Positions 17,303 to 27,289 of a stretch of 38,213 nt of DNA are shown here, in pieces. The notes under the pieces are model-generated. The model saw nothing but the letters and a program-made list of their open reading frames with translations, ran no database searches and was not told where the DNA came from. Made by a program: the position numbers and the translations under genes. How positions within the stretch are numbered: the stretch's first letter is position 1; every line of letters begins with the position of its first letter. The DNA lies in sequence record SRR31156797_8170. One strand, written 5' to 3'.

Positions 17303-19000
17303 TTATATAATCTCATTTGGTTTTCCTGTAAAATACCCTTGTGAAAAATCTATCCCTAAAGCTTTAACTTCTTCTAGAATCTCCTTTGAACTAACTGATT
17401 GGGCAATAGTTTGCGCCCCAATGTTTTTTGCTAAATGTAAAATAGATTCAACCACTTTTTTAGCTTTTTTATCCTCTAAAAGCTTTTCTATAAACACACT
17501 ATTGATCTTAATATAGTCGATTTTTATAGAATGGAGATTTTTTATATTATGATGGCTTCCTCCAAAATCATCGATTGCTAGTTGAAATCCATGTTTTTTA
17601 AGTTTTTTTAAATTTCTAAAAAGTTTTGCATCTTCAGATATAGTAACCAACTCTGAGAATTCAAAAATTATCATTGAACTATCGATATCATGTTTTTCAG
17701 CTATATTAAAAATATATGTAATAAAGTGATCATTTAAAAGATCCTCTTCCGTGATATTTATAGAGATAAAAAAACTCTGCTTTTTATCTTTAATATATTT
17801 AAATACTTTCTTTACCATCAACATTGTAATATCAGGCATAAGATTAAAAAGTTTGGCACTTTCTAAAAAGTAATAGGGTTTTATGATTCTATTTATTTCT
17901 AAGATCCTTGCTAAAGACTCATACCCAAAAGTTGTATTATCACTGTTTTTAATAATCACTTGATAATAAGGGATCACTGCATCTTTTTTAAGAACATCTT
18001 TTATTTTATTGAGCCACTTTAAGTTTTTTTCCCTTTTTTGCATCAACTCTGAGTTATTAGTAAAAAAGTAGTATTTTTCCTTCCCTATCTCACGTGATTC
18101 TTTCATCGCAATATGTGCTTGGCGTAATATATCAGAACTCGATCCATAACTTACCCCTATAGTACAAGAGATTAAAAACTCCTCTATCTCAGTTTGTATT
18201 TTATTTTCATTTAAGTGCTCTAATAATCTGTGGCAAAGCTGTTCAACCTTTTCATCTTCACTATTTGGTAAAAGAAATACAAATTCATCAGAAACCACAC
18301 GAAAGAGTAAACATTGATCAAAACTTTTAGATATTTGTAAAAAGTTTTCTGCAACTTGTTTTAATACTTGATCCCCTATTTTATATCCATATTTACAATT
18401 AATACGATCAAAATTATCCAAATTGACTAAAATAAGATAATATTCATAATTTGATACAAGATACTCATCAAGTTTAGGTTTTGTATAAAGTCCTGTCACG
18501 TTATCAGTAAATAAAGTTTCGTTTTTTATAGATATTTCACACCTATTCTCTTTTTTTAAACAATTGAGTTTTTTCTCTTTTATATATTCCACAAATTGCA
18601 AATATTTATCTAAAACTTCTAAGATCTTTTCTGAAGTGATAGGTTTTATAGCAAGATCATCAATCCTAGCATCTATACACTCTTTATAAAGGCGAATATC
18701 TTGTCTCGCCGATAAAACTACCACATACTCTAAAAACTCAATCTCTTTTATTTTTCTAGCTAAAGTTACTCCATCCATTTTAGGCATATTTACATCTGTT
18801 ATAATTAAATCAATATCTTTTTGATTCTTTGTATAGATCTCAAAAGCTTCTTCTCCACTACTAGCAGTATATACTTTATGAAAAAAGAGTTTTAAAAGCT
18901 CTTGTTGTTCATATAAAATATTCTCTTCATCATCTACACATAATATTGAATACTCTTGAGTTTTTCTTCTGAGTTCATTTATATCAATCTTTTGCATCAT
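17303..19000 (-). CDS. Response regulator with degenerate GGDEF and EAL domains
   Basis: REC (VDDE, TDVNMP, KP); GGDEF-like NLDNFDRIN..YG..IGDQVL...RVVSDEF; EAL-like YESLAR, AIDDFG, QGY. Confidence 0.9.
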   Translation of the reverse strand: MMQKIDINELRRKTQEYSILCVDDEENILYEQQELLKLFFHKVYTASSGEEAFEIYTKNQKDIDLIITDVNMPKMDGVTLARKIKEIEFLEYVVVLSARQDIRLYKECIDARIDDLAIKPITSEKILEVLDKYLQFVEYIKEKKLNCLKKENRCEISIKNETLFTDNVTGLYTKPKLDEYLVSNYEYYLILVNLDNFDRINCKYGYKIGDQVLKQVAENFLQISKSFDQCLLFRVVSDEFVFLLPNSEDEKVEQLCHRLLEHLNENKIQTEIEEFLISCTIGVSYGSSSDILRQAHIAMKESREIGKEKYYFFTNNSELMQKREKNLKWLNKIKDVLKKDAVIPYYQVIIKNSDNTTFGYESLARILEINRIIKPYYFLESAKLFNLMPDITMLMVKKVFKYIKDKKQSFFISINITEEDLLNDHFITYIFNIAEKHDIDSSMIIFEFSELVTISEDAKLFRNLKKLKKHGFQLAIDDFGGSHHNIKNLHSIKIDYIKINSVFIEKLLEDKKAKKVVESILHLAKNIGAQTIAQSVSSKEILEEVKALGIDFSQGYFTGKPNEII

Positions 19001-21686
19001 TTTCCTTTGGAAATTTTAATGTAAACATCGCTCCATCTTCATTATTCTTGATTTCTATGGAGCCATAGAAATGTTTTTCAATTATTGTCTTTGTCATATA
19101 AAGACCAATTCCAGTACCTTTACCCTCATCTTTTGTAGTAAAATAAGGATTAAATATCTTATTTAAGATATTATTAGGGATCCCTCCTGCATTATCAACT
19201 ACTTTTACTATATGAAAATCTTTTTGCTCTTGGGCAATTATTTTTATAAACTTCTTTTGCTGTTCTGATACATCATCAAAAGCATCTTTTGCATTATTGA
19301 TCAGATTTAATAAAATATGTTCAAACTCATTTTGAAATCCAAAAATAACAATATCTTCAGGAGCGTCAAGACTCATCTCTATCTCCCTATTTTTTAACTG
19401 TGGTTCTAAAAAATCAAATATTTTTTGATATATTCTAGTAAGATAAAAAGTTTGTTTCTCTTTTGATGGGGTAAAGAAATACATAAAATCATTTATGGTC
19501 TCTGACATTTTTAAACTCTGTTTTTCAATAAAGTTTGTTTTTTCTTGGATCTCTTTGCTATCCATCATATCAAGTGCAGCAGCAAAGTTCAATCGAATAG
19601 CTGCTGCATTGATCGCATTTAAAGGTTGCCTCCACTGATGGGCGATTGCACCTATCATCTCACCCATCTCTGCCATTTTTGCCTGTTGTGCGATGATTCT
19701 ACTATTTTGATATTGTTCAACTTCTAATTGCTTTTGTTTCGTAATATCTTCAAAAATAAATAACCGTAACTTTTCCCCATTACTATCTTCTATAATTGTT
19801 GAGGAAGCAATAGTATAGATACGATGCCCATTGATATGAAACTCATACTCTTTGGATAGTTCATCATCCTCTTCAAAAAGCTTACTATGCTCTTTTTTTA
19901 CCTCTTCTAAATGATGAGGATCAAAAATTGAGAAAAAACTATGTCTTTGAAAATAATTTTTATGTACCCCTATAGTCTCATAAAAACTTTTATTAAATCT
20001 TTGAATCTCCCCATAAATATCAATTACAGCTATTCCCGACTTTGCTTTTTTAAAGATCGTCTCTAATAATATCTGCTTCTCTTTCTTTTCCCTTTTAAGT
20101 TTTAAGATATCATCTATAAGCTGTACAAAAATAATCGCATGAAAATCTTTATTGATAAAGATAATATTACAACTCACTTGAAAAGTAATATTCTCCTCCC
20201 AATGGGGAATCTTTAAGATATAACTATATTTTTTTACCTCAAAACGATCTAACTCTTTATTATATTTAAATTTAAATCCATCAAAGATCTCATTAGGAGT
20301 TTTTTGTTCAAACTGTTTAAAACGATTCAAAAATATTTTCCCTGAAGCGTTGATATCAATAAACTCTGATAATTTTCCACTTTTATTTACTTTACATACA
20401 AACATTGCATTATGGATATTGTTAAATATTTTTTTAAATTTTTCATCGATCTTAAATCGATTTGCCATCTCATCATTGATATCGATTTTTAATTGAGTAT
20501 TCAAACGGGCAAGTTCGTTTTTCTTTTCTATCTCTGAAGTGATATTTGTAGCATATCCTATCACCATTTTATCATTAATAGGATACGAAAAATCAAATAT
20601 AGGAACATGCACAAATTTATAAAACTGATCTCCAATTTTTTGAACCTCTTTTAGAACTAACTCTTTTAATTCAAAAGACTTTTTCTCCTCTTGCCTTAAA
20701 ATCTCAAAAACTTTTTCTTCGATCTTTGATTGTAACTCTTCATTTTTTTTATATAATATTTTTGTTGAGTCTTCTATATCAAATAACTTTGACATAGCAT
20801 TATTAATCAAAAGATACCGTCCTTTTTCATCTTTTACATAGATAGGATTGGGAGAGGTATTGATAATTTTTTTAAAAAACTCTTTTTGTAATCTTATCTC
20901 ATCTCTTAGATGATGCTCCTTTTTAATACTTAGATAAATAAGATATATAATTAAAGCAATCACTAAAGCTGAAAAGAAAATATTCAAAAATAGATTTTGT
21001 TTGAGACTTCTAAGTTCTTGATCAATTTTAATTGGTTCTAAAATAAAAAAGATATTTTCTTCATTTATAGCTTGAAGTGCCACTAAACTATTCTCATATC
21101 TAAAAAGTTCGTTGGGATCAGCTGATACGAAAAACCAATAGTTGTATAAAAACTCTTTTTCAAAAATATCAAGATCTACCACAAGTTTTACATATCCTAC
21201 AACAGATCCTTGAAAGCTAATACTTTGAAGCTTGATTACATTCTTTTCTTTTTCATCAAAATATTCTAAAAAGAACTGCTCGCTATCGATAGAGTTTTTA
21301 TAAAGTTTTAAATTGAGATTTTTTTCATTTTTATTTACTGCAAAAGAGAGTAGATTCCCTTTCTTATCATAAAAAACTATATTTTTTAGTAATTTTTTGT
21401 GTATATTATAGTTTTTGTAATATAAAGTAGTCAAAAGAGGAATCGCTTCATTGTGTCCATTACTAATATTATAAAGTGTTTTTTTAATAATAAAGTCATC
21501 AAAATATTTAAAATATATATTTCTTAGTTTTGAGTGTAATAGCTCTTTAGCCATATCATAATGGTGAAGCATATTTGAATCTAAAATCAGCTGTTTTTGT
21601 TTTGTATTCTCTTCATATCTATAATAAAAAAATAAACTGATCAAAAGAATAAGAATACAATATCCATATAAAAAATATCTCTTCAT
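18984..21686 (-). CDS. Membrane-bound multi-PAS sensor histidine kinase
   Basis: Two TM helices around a ~200-aa periplasmic region; PAS-like segments (SPNPIYVKD..GRYLLIN, SGIAVID..G.IQRFN); H-box IAHQWRQPLN; DNAGGI, FTTK, GTGIGL. Confidence 0.92.
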   Translation of the reverse strand: MKRYFLYGYCILILLISLFFYYRYEENTKQKQLILDSNMLHHYDMAKELLHSKLRNIYFKYFDDFIIKKTLYNISNGHNEAIPLLTTLYYKNYNIHKKLLKNIVFYDKKGNLLSFAVNKNEKNLNLKLYKNSIDSEQFFLEYFDEKEKNVIKLQSISFQGSVVGYVKLVVDLDIFEKEFLYNYWFFVSADPNELFRYENSLVALQAINEENIFFILEPIKIDQELRSLKQNLFLNIFFSALVIALIIYLIYLSIKKEHHLRDEIRLQKEFFKKIINTSPNPIYVKDEKGRYLLINNAMSKLFDIEDSTKILYKKNEELQSKIEEKVFEILRQEEKKSFELKELVLKEVQKIGDQFYKFVHVPIFDFSYPINDKMVIGYATNITSEIEKKNELARLNTQLKIDINDEMANRFKIDEKFKKIFNNIHNAMFVCKVNKSGKLSEFIDINASGKIFLNRFKQFEQKTPNEIFDGFKFKYNKELDRFEVKKYSYILKIPHWEENITFQVSCNIIFINKDFHAIIFVQLIDDILKLKREKKEKQILLETIFKKAKSGIAVIDIYGEIQRFNKSFYETIGVHKNYFQRHSFFSIFDPHHLEEVKKEHSKLFEEDDELSKEYEFHINGHRIYTIASSTIIEDSNGEKLRLFIFEDITKQKQLEVEQYQNSRIIAQQAKMAEMGEMIGAIAHQWRQPLNAINAAAIRLNFAAALDMMDSKEIQEKTNFIEKQSLKMSETINDFMYFFTPSKEKQTFYLTRIYQKIFDFLEPQLKNREIEMSLDAPEDIVIFGFQNEFEHILLNLINNAKDAFDDVSEQQKKFIKIIAQEQKDFHIVKVVDNAGGIPNNILNKIFNPYFTTKDEGKGTGIGLYMTKTIIEKHFYGSIEIKNNEDGAMFTLKFPKENDAKD

Positions 21687-22570
21687 TAGTGATTTTTTAC
21701 ATAATGATTGATCTTTTCAATGATCTCATAACTTTTTTCATCAGTTAAAACATACCCTATCTCTTTGGCTATTAGTGGAAATTTTTCTGCTGGCATAGAT
21801 ATCAAAGCTTGCTGAATCTTTTTTTTAAGCTCATATGAAATATCTTTTCTTACAATAATAGGAGATTTTGGGATCTCATCAGATTCCCAAATGATCTTAT
21901 TAGTAGCCTCATCTATTCTTTGATCTGCTAAAAGTTTTTCATAATGCATCTGTGCACTAAAAGCTATAGGGATAATATTATTATAGACAACTAACTGTGA
22001 AGCATCATGACTTCCAACAAAAGTGATCTTTTTAAAATACTCTAAAGGTTCCATTTGAGCTTTCTTCATATAATAGTTGGGGATTAGGTAACCAGAAGTT
22101 GAACTTTCATCTGTAAATGCAAGCATCCAATTTTTTTTATATTTATTCAATTTTTCTTTTAAAAGAACCATCCCATCTTGCCCATGAAGTCTCTTTTTAA
22201 GATCTAATCTATCAGCTACTTCTTTTGTAGTAACCATATAAGACTTATAGGTTGCATATCCATCTGAAGTGATAGCAGTCACTATTGGTTCTGCTTCAGC
22301 TGATTCTTTTATCAATACATATGAGAAAGGTCCTACAAAAGCCATATCAAGTTTATTATTAATAAATTTTGTAATTAAACTACTGTAACTATTTTCAAAA
22401 CTTATATCGATACATCTGTCGATCTTCGAAGATAAATACTCTTGCCATTGTACGTAACTATTTTTAATATCTTTAACATTAGAGTATGGGATCACTCCAT
22501 ATTTTAAACAACTCTCACTAGCAAAACTAACTTGAATAAATACCCATAATAAAAGACCTATTCTTATCAT
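21686..22570 (-). CDS. PhnD/PtxB-like phosphate/phosphite/phosphonate periplasmic binding protein
   Basis: Signal peptide; DMAFVGPFSYV, AFTDESSTSGYLIP, FVGSHDA, IIWESDEIP..PIIVR, KIQQAL. Confidence 0.85.
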   Translation of the reverse strand: MIRIGLLLWVFIQVSFASESCLKYGVIPYSNVKDIKNSYVQWQEYLSSKIDRCIDISFENSYSSLITKFINNKLDMAFVGPFSYVLIKESAEAEPIVTAITSDGYATYKSYMVTTKEVADRLDLKKRLHGQDGMVLLKEKLNKYKKNWMLAFTDESSTSGYLIPNYYMKKAQMEPLEYFKKITFVGSHDASQLVVYNNIIPIAFSAQMHYEKLLADQRIDEATNKIIWESDEIPKSPIIVRKDISYELKKKIQQALISMPAEKFPLIAKEIGYVLTDEKSYEIIEKINHYVKNH

Positions 22571-22582
22571 CTCTTCCCCTAT

Positions 22583-23767
22583 TTAGAACTTAGATTTGAA
22601 ACTAAGGTAAAAACACGCGCCATTATCTTTATTTTTGATCTTTAAATTTCCATGATTTTTTTTAGCAATAAACTGGGACATATAAAGCCCCATTCCTGTT
22701 CCACCTTTATGAGATTTACTAGTAAAGTTTGCTTTAAAAATATCCTCTATTAAATCATCTGGTACTCCCCCGGCAAAATCTTGTACTAGTATATTGATAT
22801 TTGTTTCTTCTTTTTCAGTTGAGATAACAATATCACGAGAGGGGATATGGGTTTCATCATAGGCATCTTTTGCATTATTGATAAGATTGATAAAAATATG
22901 TTTTATCTCATTTGAGTTTACATCTATCTTTAAGCTCTCATCTATATCAACGATAATATTCATAGTATTTTTTACTAATTCATCATGCATTAATAATAAA
23001 ACAGAATCAATGATCTCTTTGATACTTACAGAGTGAATATTTTCATTTGGTCGAAAAAATGCTCTAAAATCATCCAAGGTTTTTACTAAATGCTCAATTT
23101 GATGTCTTACTTTTGTATAACAGATATCTATATCCTCTTTAGGTATTTGAGTATTCTCTTCATTTACTTCTTTTACAAAAGAGGTATGAATTCCTATAAG
23201 ATTTAAAGGTTGTTTCCACTGATGTGCAATCACATCCATCATCTCACCCATAGTGGCAAGTTTTGATTGCTGAATAAGAATTTTATCTTTTTCCCTTAGT
23301 TCTTGAACTTGTTCTAATACTTTTTGTTCTAAATTGTCATGGTACTCTTTGAGCTTTTGTTGCAAGTATAGCTTATGAACTTTTTTTCTCACCTGCTCAA
23401 TGAAAAGTTTAGAATCCAATGGTTTTGTTAAATATCCATCTACTCCTAAACTGATAGATTCTAAAAAAAATGAGGTATCACTGTGAGCTGAAATAATAAA
23501 AACTGGAATATCTTTATTTCTTTCTCTAATATATTGGATAAACTCCAAACCACTTTTTTTAGGCATGTTGATATCTGTCATTATAAAATCAATAGAATGT
23601 TTATCATATTTTTGACACGCTTCTTCACCATCAACAGCAACAATAATATCTTTGAAAAATAACTTTAAAATATCAAGAGTAAAGTCTCTTGAAAGTTCGT
23701 CATCCTCCACATATAATAATTTAAGTTTATTAGCAAATTGTATAAGTTCTTGAAGTGGTTGTGACAT
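22583..23767 (-). CDS. Cytoplasmic hybrid receiver-histidine kinase
   Basis: REC (VEDD, TDINMP, TKP) plus H-box IAHQWKQPLN, NNAKDA, DFAGGV, GTGMGL. Confidence 0.92.
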   Translation of the reverse strand: MSQPLQELIQFANKLKLLYVEDDELSRDFTLDILKLFFKDIIVAVDGEEACQKYDKHSIDFIMTDINMPKKSGLEFIQYIRERNKDIPVFIISAHSDTSFFLESISLGVDGYLTKPLDSKLFIEQVRKKVHKLYLQQKLKEYHDNLEQKVLEQVQELREKDKILIQQSKLATMGEMMDVIAHQWKQPLNLIGIHTSFVKEVNEENTQIPKEDIDICYTKVRHQIEHLVKTLDDFRAFFRPNENIHSVSIKEIIDSVLLLMHDELVKNTMNIIVDIDESLKIDVNSNEIKHIFINLINNAKDAYDETHIPSRDIVISTEKEETNINILVQDFAGGVPDDLIEDIFKANFTSKSHKGGTGMGLYMSQFIAKKNHGNLKIKNKDNGACFYLSFKSKF

Positions 23768-23799
23768 CTAGATATATCCCTTTTTTAAATCGAAAATGT

Positions 23800-23831
23800 A
23801 TTGTATAAGATATAAATTACAAAATAGTTAC
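23800..23831 (-). promoter_or_regulatory. Promoter with tandem box: GTAAC-TATTTT-GTAAT-N10-TACAAT
   Basis: Same half-sites, spacing and -10 as the divergent element at 23960-23991. Confidence 0.65.
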
Positions 23832-23959
23832 AGTATTTCAAGTTAATAACAAAAGTGTTAGAAAGCCAAAAAGAAGAATTATGATCTTCACAACTAAATA
23901 ATAATTTTTATCTTCTCTTCTATTTTCTCTTTATTTGATCTTAGTCTTATGTGAAATAA

Positions 23960-23991
23960 GTAACCAAATAGTAATTAACTTTCACTACAAT
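23960..23991 (+). promoter_or_regulatory. Promoter with tandem box: GTAAC-CAAATA-GTAAT-N10-TACAAT
   Basis: Inverted counterpart of 23800-23831. Confidence 0.65.
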
Positions 23992-24015
23992 CGGCAAATT
24001 TAAAGTGGGATACTT

Positions 24016-24408
24016 ATGGGAAAAGAGATAATACTTACAAAAGATACTATGATTGTATCACAAACTGATCTCAAAGGTAATATCATCTATGCAAACGCAG
24101 ACTTTTGTAAAATAGCAGGGTATACAAAAGATGAGCTAATTGGTCAGCCACATAATGTTGTAAGGCACCACGATATGCCAAAAGCTGCATTTAAAGACCT
24201 TTGGAGCACAATACAACAAAATAAAGTATGGAATGGGATCGTAAAAAACGCAACAAAAAATGGTGATTTTTACTGGGTCAATGCCACAGCGTATGGTGTT
24301 ACGAAAAAAAATGGAGAAAAAACTTTTATCTCTATCCGTGTAAAACCAACTGATAATGAGATACAAAATGCATCTGCTTTATATAAAGAATTAAAAGGAA
24401 AAGAGTAA
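24016..24408 (+). CDS. Stand-alone Aer/CetB-like PAS domain protein (probably FAD-binding)
   Basis: [47 protein letters not shown]...[15 protein letters not shown]. Confidence 0.9.
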   Translation: MGKEIILTKDTMIVSQTDLKGNIIYANADFCKIAGYTKDELIGQPHNVVRHHDMPKAAFKDLWSTIQQNKVWNGIVKNATKNGDFYWVNATAYGVTKKNGEKTFISIRVKPTDNEIQNASALYKELKGKE

Positions 24409-25706
24409 TGTTTTTTTCTAACAATGATAATACAGATGATGTTTTAAAAGCTTTAGACTCTATAGAAGAGTTTATCAAAGGAGATCTCAATAAGATACCT
24501 GAAAAAAAGCAAATAGAAGATAAAAAATTAAAAAAAATCAATGAGAAAATCATCTCTATTTCTAATCTACTCAATGAAAAACATGTCACAGAGCTGAAAG
24601 TATTTGGGGAGATGATGCTGGTGTGTGAAAAATTATCTGATGGATATACGGATGATAATATTGCTGAGAAATCAACTGATGAAAAAATAAACTACATAGC
24701 TTATAGTATCAATGAAGCTATTAATAATATCGGTCACTCTTTAGAAAAAGTGATTGGTGTATTAGAACAATATCAAAAAAACGACTACCGATCTAGTATT
24801 GATGAAAATATTTTTAGAGGAGGTCAGTTTAGAGAGCTTTTAAAAGGGATCAATCAGCTCCAACAAACTACCACTCAAAGAATTTTAGATGCTTATAAGA
24901 TTGGTCTAACGATGGAGCACCAATCAAGTATTTTATCAAATGAAGTTTCTAAACTTACAAAATCAACTGAGTTACAAGCAAATTCAGTAAAAGAAACTGT
25001 TATGTCGATTGAAAATATCTCTTCTAGTATAGATACAAATACACAAGCTACCCATGAGATGAGTGAGGCGGGAGAACATTTAAAAAGCTCAGCTGAACAA
25101 AGTTTAACAATGATAGAGCAGACTAAAAAAACTATGGAGCATATTGATACTTCAACAGATGCTGTAAATGAAGCTACAAGAGCTATATCACAAATAGCAT
25201 TTCAAACAAATATACTTTCACTCAATGCAGCAGTTGAAGCAGCTAGTGCGGGAGAAGCTGGAAAAGGATTCGCTGTTGTAGCTGGAGAAGTTCGAAACCT
25301 TGCCAATAGAAGTGCTGAAGTAGCACAAACTATTCAAGGATTAATGAATCAGTTAAAAACCCAAACATCACTTGGAAAAGATTCAGCTCTTGGGATGGAT
25401 AAAGAGTTTCAAATCCTTAATGAAAATATTCAAATCACTGTGAAAAATATAGAACAGATCACTCGTGCATCAAAAGAGCAAAATAGTAATATTCAAGATA
25501 TAACTAGATCTATGAAATTTATTGATGAAGCAACTGAGCAAAATACAAAAGCAGTTCAAGTGGTCAATACGATCTCATTACAATCTCATAATGTAGCTCA
25601 TCTTCTTGTAGAAGCAAACAAAGATGTCAACTTTGAAGGAAAAGAGGCGATGGGCACACCTGATGCGATCATTAAATCTATTTTCACTAAAAAAAGAAAC
25701 TCATAA
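24408..25706 (+). CDS. Soluble methyl-accepting chemotaxis protein
   Basis: [37 protein letters not shown] hairpin; no TM helix; TAATG-coupled to the PAS gene. Confidence 0.92.
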   Translation: MFFSNNDNTDDVLKALDSIEEFIKGDLNKIPEKKQIEDKKLKKINEKIISISNLLNEKHVTELKVFGEMMLVCEKLSDGYTDDNIAEKSTDEKINYIAYSINEAINNIGHSLEKVIGVLEQYQKNDYRSSIDENIFRGGQFRELLKGINQLQQTTTQRILDAYKIGLTMEHQSSILSNEVSKLTKSTELQANSVKETVMSIENISSSIDTNTQATHEMSEAGEHLKSSAEQSLTMIEQTKKTMEHIDTSTDAVNEATRAISQIAFQTNILSLNAAVEAASAGEAGKGFAVVAGEVRNLANRSAEVAQTIQGLMNQLKTQTSLGKDSALGMDKEFQILNENIQITVKNIEQITRASKEQNSNIQDITRSMKFIDEATEQNTKAVQVVNTISLQSHNVAHLLVEANKDVNFEGKEAMGTPDAIIKSIFTKKRNS

Positions 25707-25721
25707 AAAGGCATATAACAA

Positions 25722-26078
25722 ATGAAAAAAATTGCAATTGTAGATGATGAAATAAATATTTTAAAAATTCTCAACTCTTTTCTTTCAAGAAAATTTGAGG
25801 TAACAACGTTTGAAAATCCAATTGTTGCTTTACAACATATCCAAAGTGAAACATATGATTTAGTTTTATGTGATATTATGATGCCTGATATGACTGGCTT
25901 AGAGCTTTTAAAAAACCTAAGAGAGAATAATAATGACACCAAAGTTGTTATTATGACTGCTTTTGATTCAATGGATAAAGCTTTAGAAGCTCACACCTAT
26001 GGTGCAGTGAATTATTTAAAAAAACCATTTAATGATCTAAAAAGTGTAGAAAATCAGATTTTAGATGAACTTTCATAA
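25722..26078 (+). CDS. Single-domain response regulator
   Basis: IVDDE, LCDIMMPDMTG, IMTA, KKPF; no output domain. Confidence 0.92.
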   Translation: MKKIAIVDDEINILKILNSFLSRKFEVTTFENPIVALQHIQSETYDLVLCDIMMPDMTGLELLKNLRENNNDTKVVIMTAFDSMDKALEAHTYGAVNYLKKPFNDLKSVENQILDELS

Positions 26079-26098
26079 ATAAATTGAAAGTCTAGTGT

Positions 26099-27256
26099 AT
26101 GTTTAAAGAATTTAATCTTTTATATGTTGAGGATGAAAAAGCTCTTTTAGAGATCACTGCTGAAACATTTAAGATTTTATTTAATAAGGTATACACTAAA
26201 CAAAATGGACAAGAAGCATTGATGTTTTTTGAAAAAAATAAAAATGAAATTGATCTCATTATCACAGATATCAATATGCCTTTTATGAACGGGATCGATA
26301 TGAGTCGTAAAATAAAAGATATAGATCCTCATATCCCTATCATCATCACCTCTGCTCATAATGAAAGTAGCCTATTAATGGAGAGTATAAATATTGGTGT
26401 AAATGGTTACCTTTTAAAACCTGTGTTGCCAAAACAATTAAAAGAAACTATTCAAAATGTTTTAGAACCTTTTATATTAAAACAACAACTGATCAAGCAA
26501 GAGGAAGAATCACAAAAAAAACTCTTATTACAAACAAAGTTTGCTGCTATTGGACAATTATCAGCCGGACTTACACACGAGATAAATACACCATTAACAT
26601 ATATAAAAGGCTCTAATGATATCTTAGGATATGCTATTGAGGATCTCCCTGACTCTCAAATAAAAAATGAGATACTTGAACATCATTCCATCATCAATGA
26701 TGGGATTCATAGACTTATGAACTTAGTCGAATCAATGAAAGAGATGGCAAATCAAAGTTCAAATACAAAAGAGAACGTGAATATCTATGAAACTATTTTA
26801 GTTGCATGTACCATGGCTTATAATAAATCTAAACATGTGGTAAAAATCTCTATTAATGGTGAGCAGTTTGATTTTGATATGGATAAAAATAAACACCTCT
26901 TTCATGCATACGTACAAAAACAAAGGATTGAGCAAGTATGGATCATTATCATAAATAATGCTATGGATGAACTTATGAAAATCAAAAGTTTAAAAAATAG
27001 AGAATTTGCTATCTCTTTAGAAGAAAATGATGACTCTGTAATAATCAAGTTTATAGATAATGCAGGAGGTATCCAACCAGATATTTTGGAGAGAATTTTT
27101 GAACCTTTTAAAAGTACTAAAGAATCTTCAGGTATGGGTATGGGGCTTAGTTTAGCAAAAAAAATAATAGATGATCAGGATGCTCAAATTAAAGCTTATA
27201 ATCAAAATAACGGAGCTGTCTTTGAGGTGATTTTACCTAAAGAGAATAGAAGTTAA
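26099..27256 (+). CDS. Cytoplasmic hybrid receiver-histidine kinase
   Basis: REC (VEDE, TDINMP, LKP) plus H-box LTHEINTPL, NNAMD, DNAGGI, GMGMGL. Confidence 0.92.
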   Translation: MFKEFNLLYVEDEKALLEITAETFKILFNKVYTKQNGQEALMFFEKNKNEIDLIITDINMPFMNGIDMSRKIKDIDPHIPIIITSAHNESSLLMESINIGVNGYLLKPVLPKQLKETIQNVLEPFILKQQLIKQEEESQKKLLLQTKFAAIGQLSAGLTHEINTPLTYIKGSNDILGYAIEDLPDSQIKNEILEHHSIINDGIHRLMNLVESMKEMANQSSNTKENVNIYETILVACTMAYNKSKHVVKISINGEQFDFDMDKNKHLFHAYVQKQRIEQVWIIIINNAMDELMKIKSLKNREFAISLEENDDSVIIKFIDNAGGIQPDILERIFEPFKSTKESSGMGMGLSLAKKIIDDQDAQIKAYNQNNGAVFEVILPKENRS

Positions 27257-27264
27257 GATATACA

Positions 27265-27287
27265 TTAAAGGGCAAAAAGCCCTTTAA
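27265..27287. terminator. Bidirectional intrinsic terminator between the REC-kinase and acs
   Basis: TTAAAGGGC-AAAAA-GCCCTTTAA. Confidence 0.75.
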
Positions 27288-27289
27288 AA

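Noticed and set aside
24400-24415. Frameshift splitting a single Aer gene into PAS and MCP
   Set aside because: The clean TAATG overlap with its own SD favours two genuine genes, unlike the yjcH lesion.
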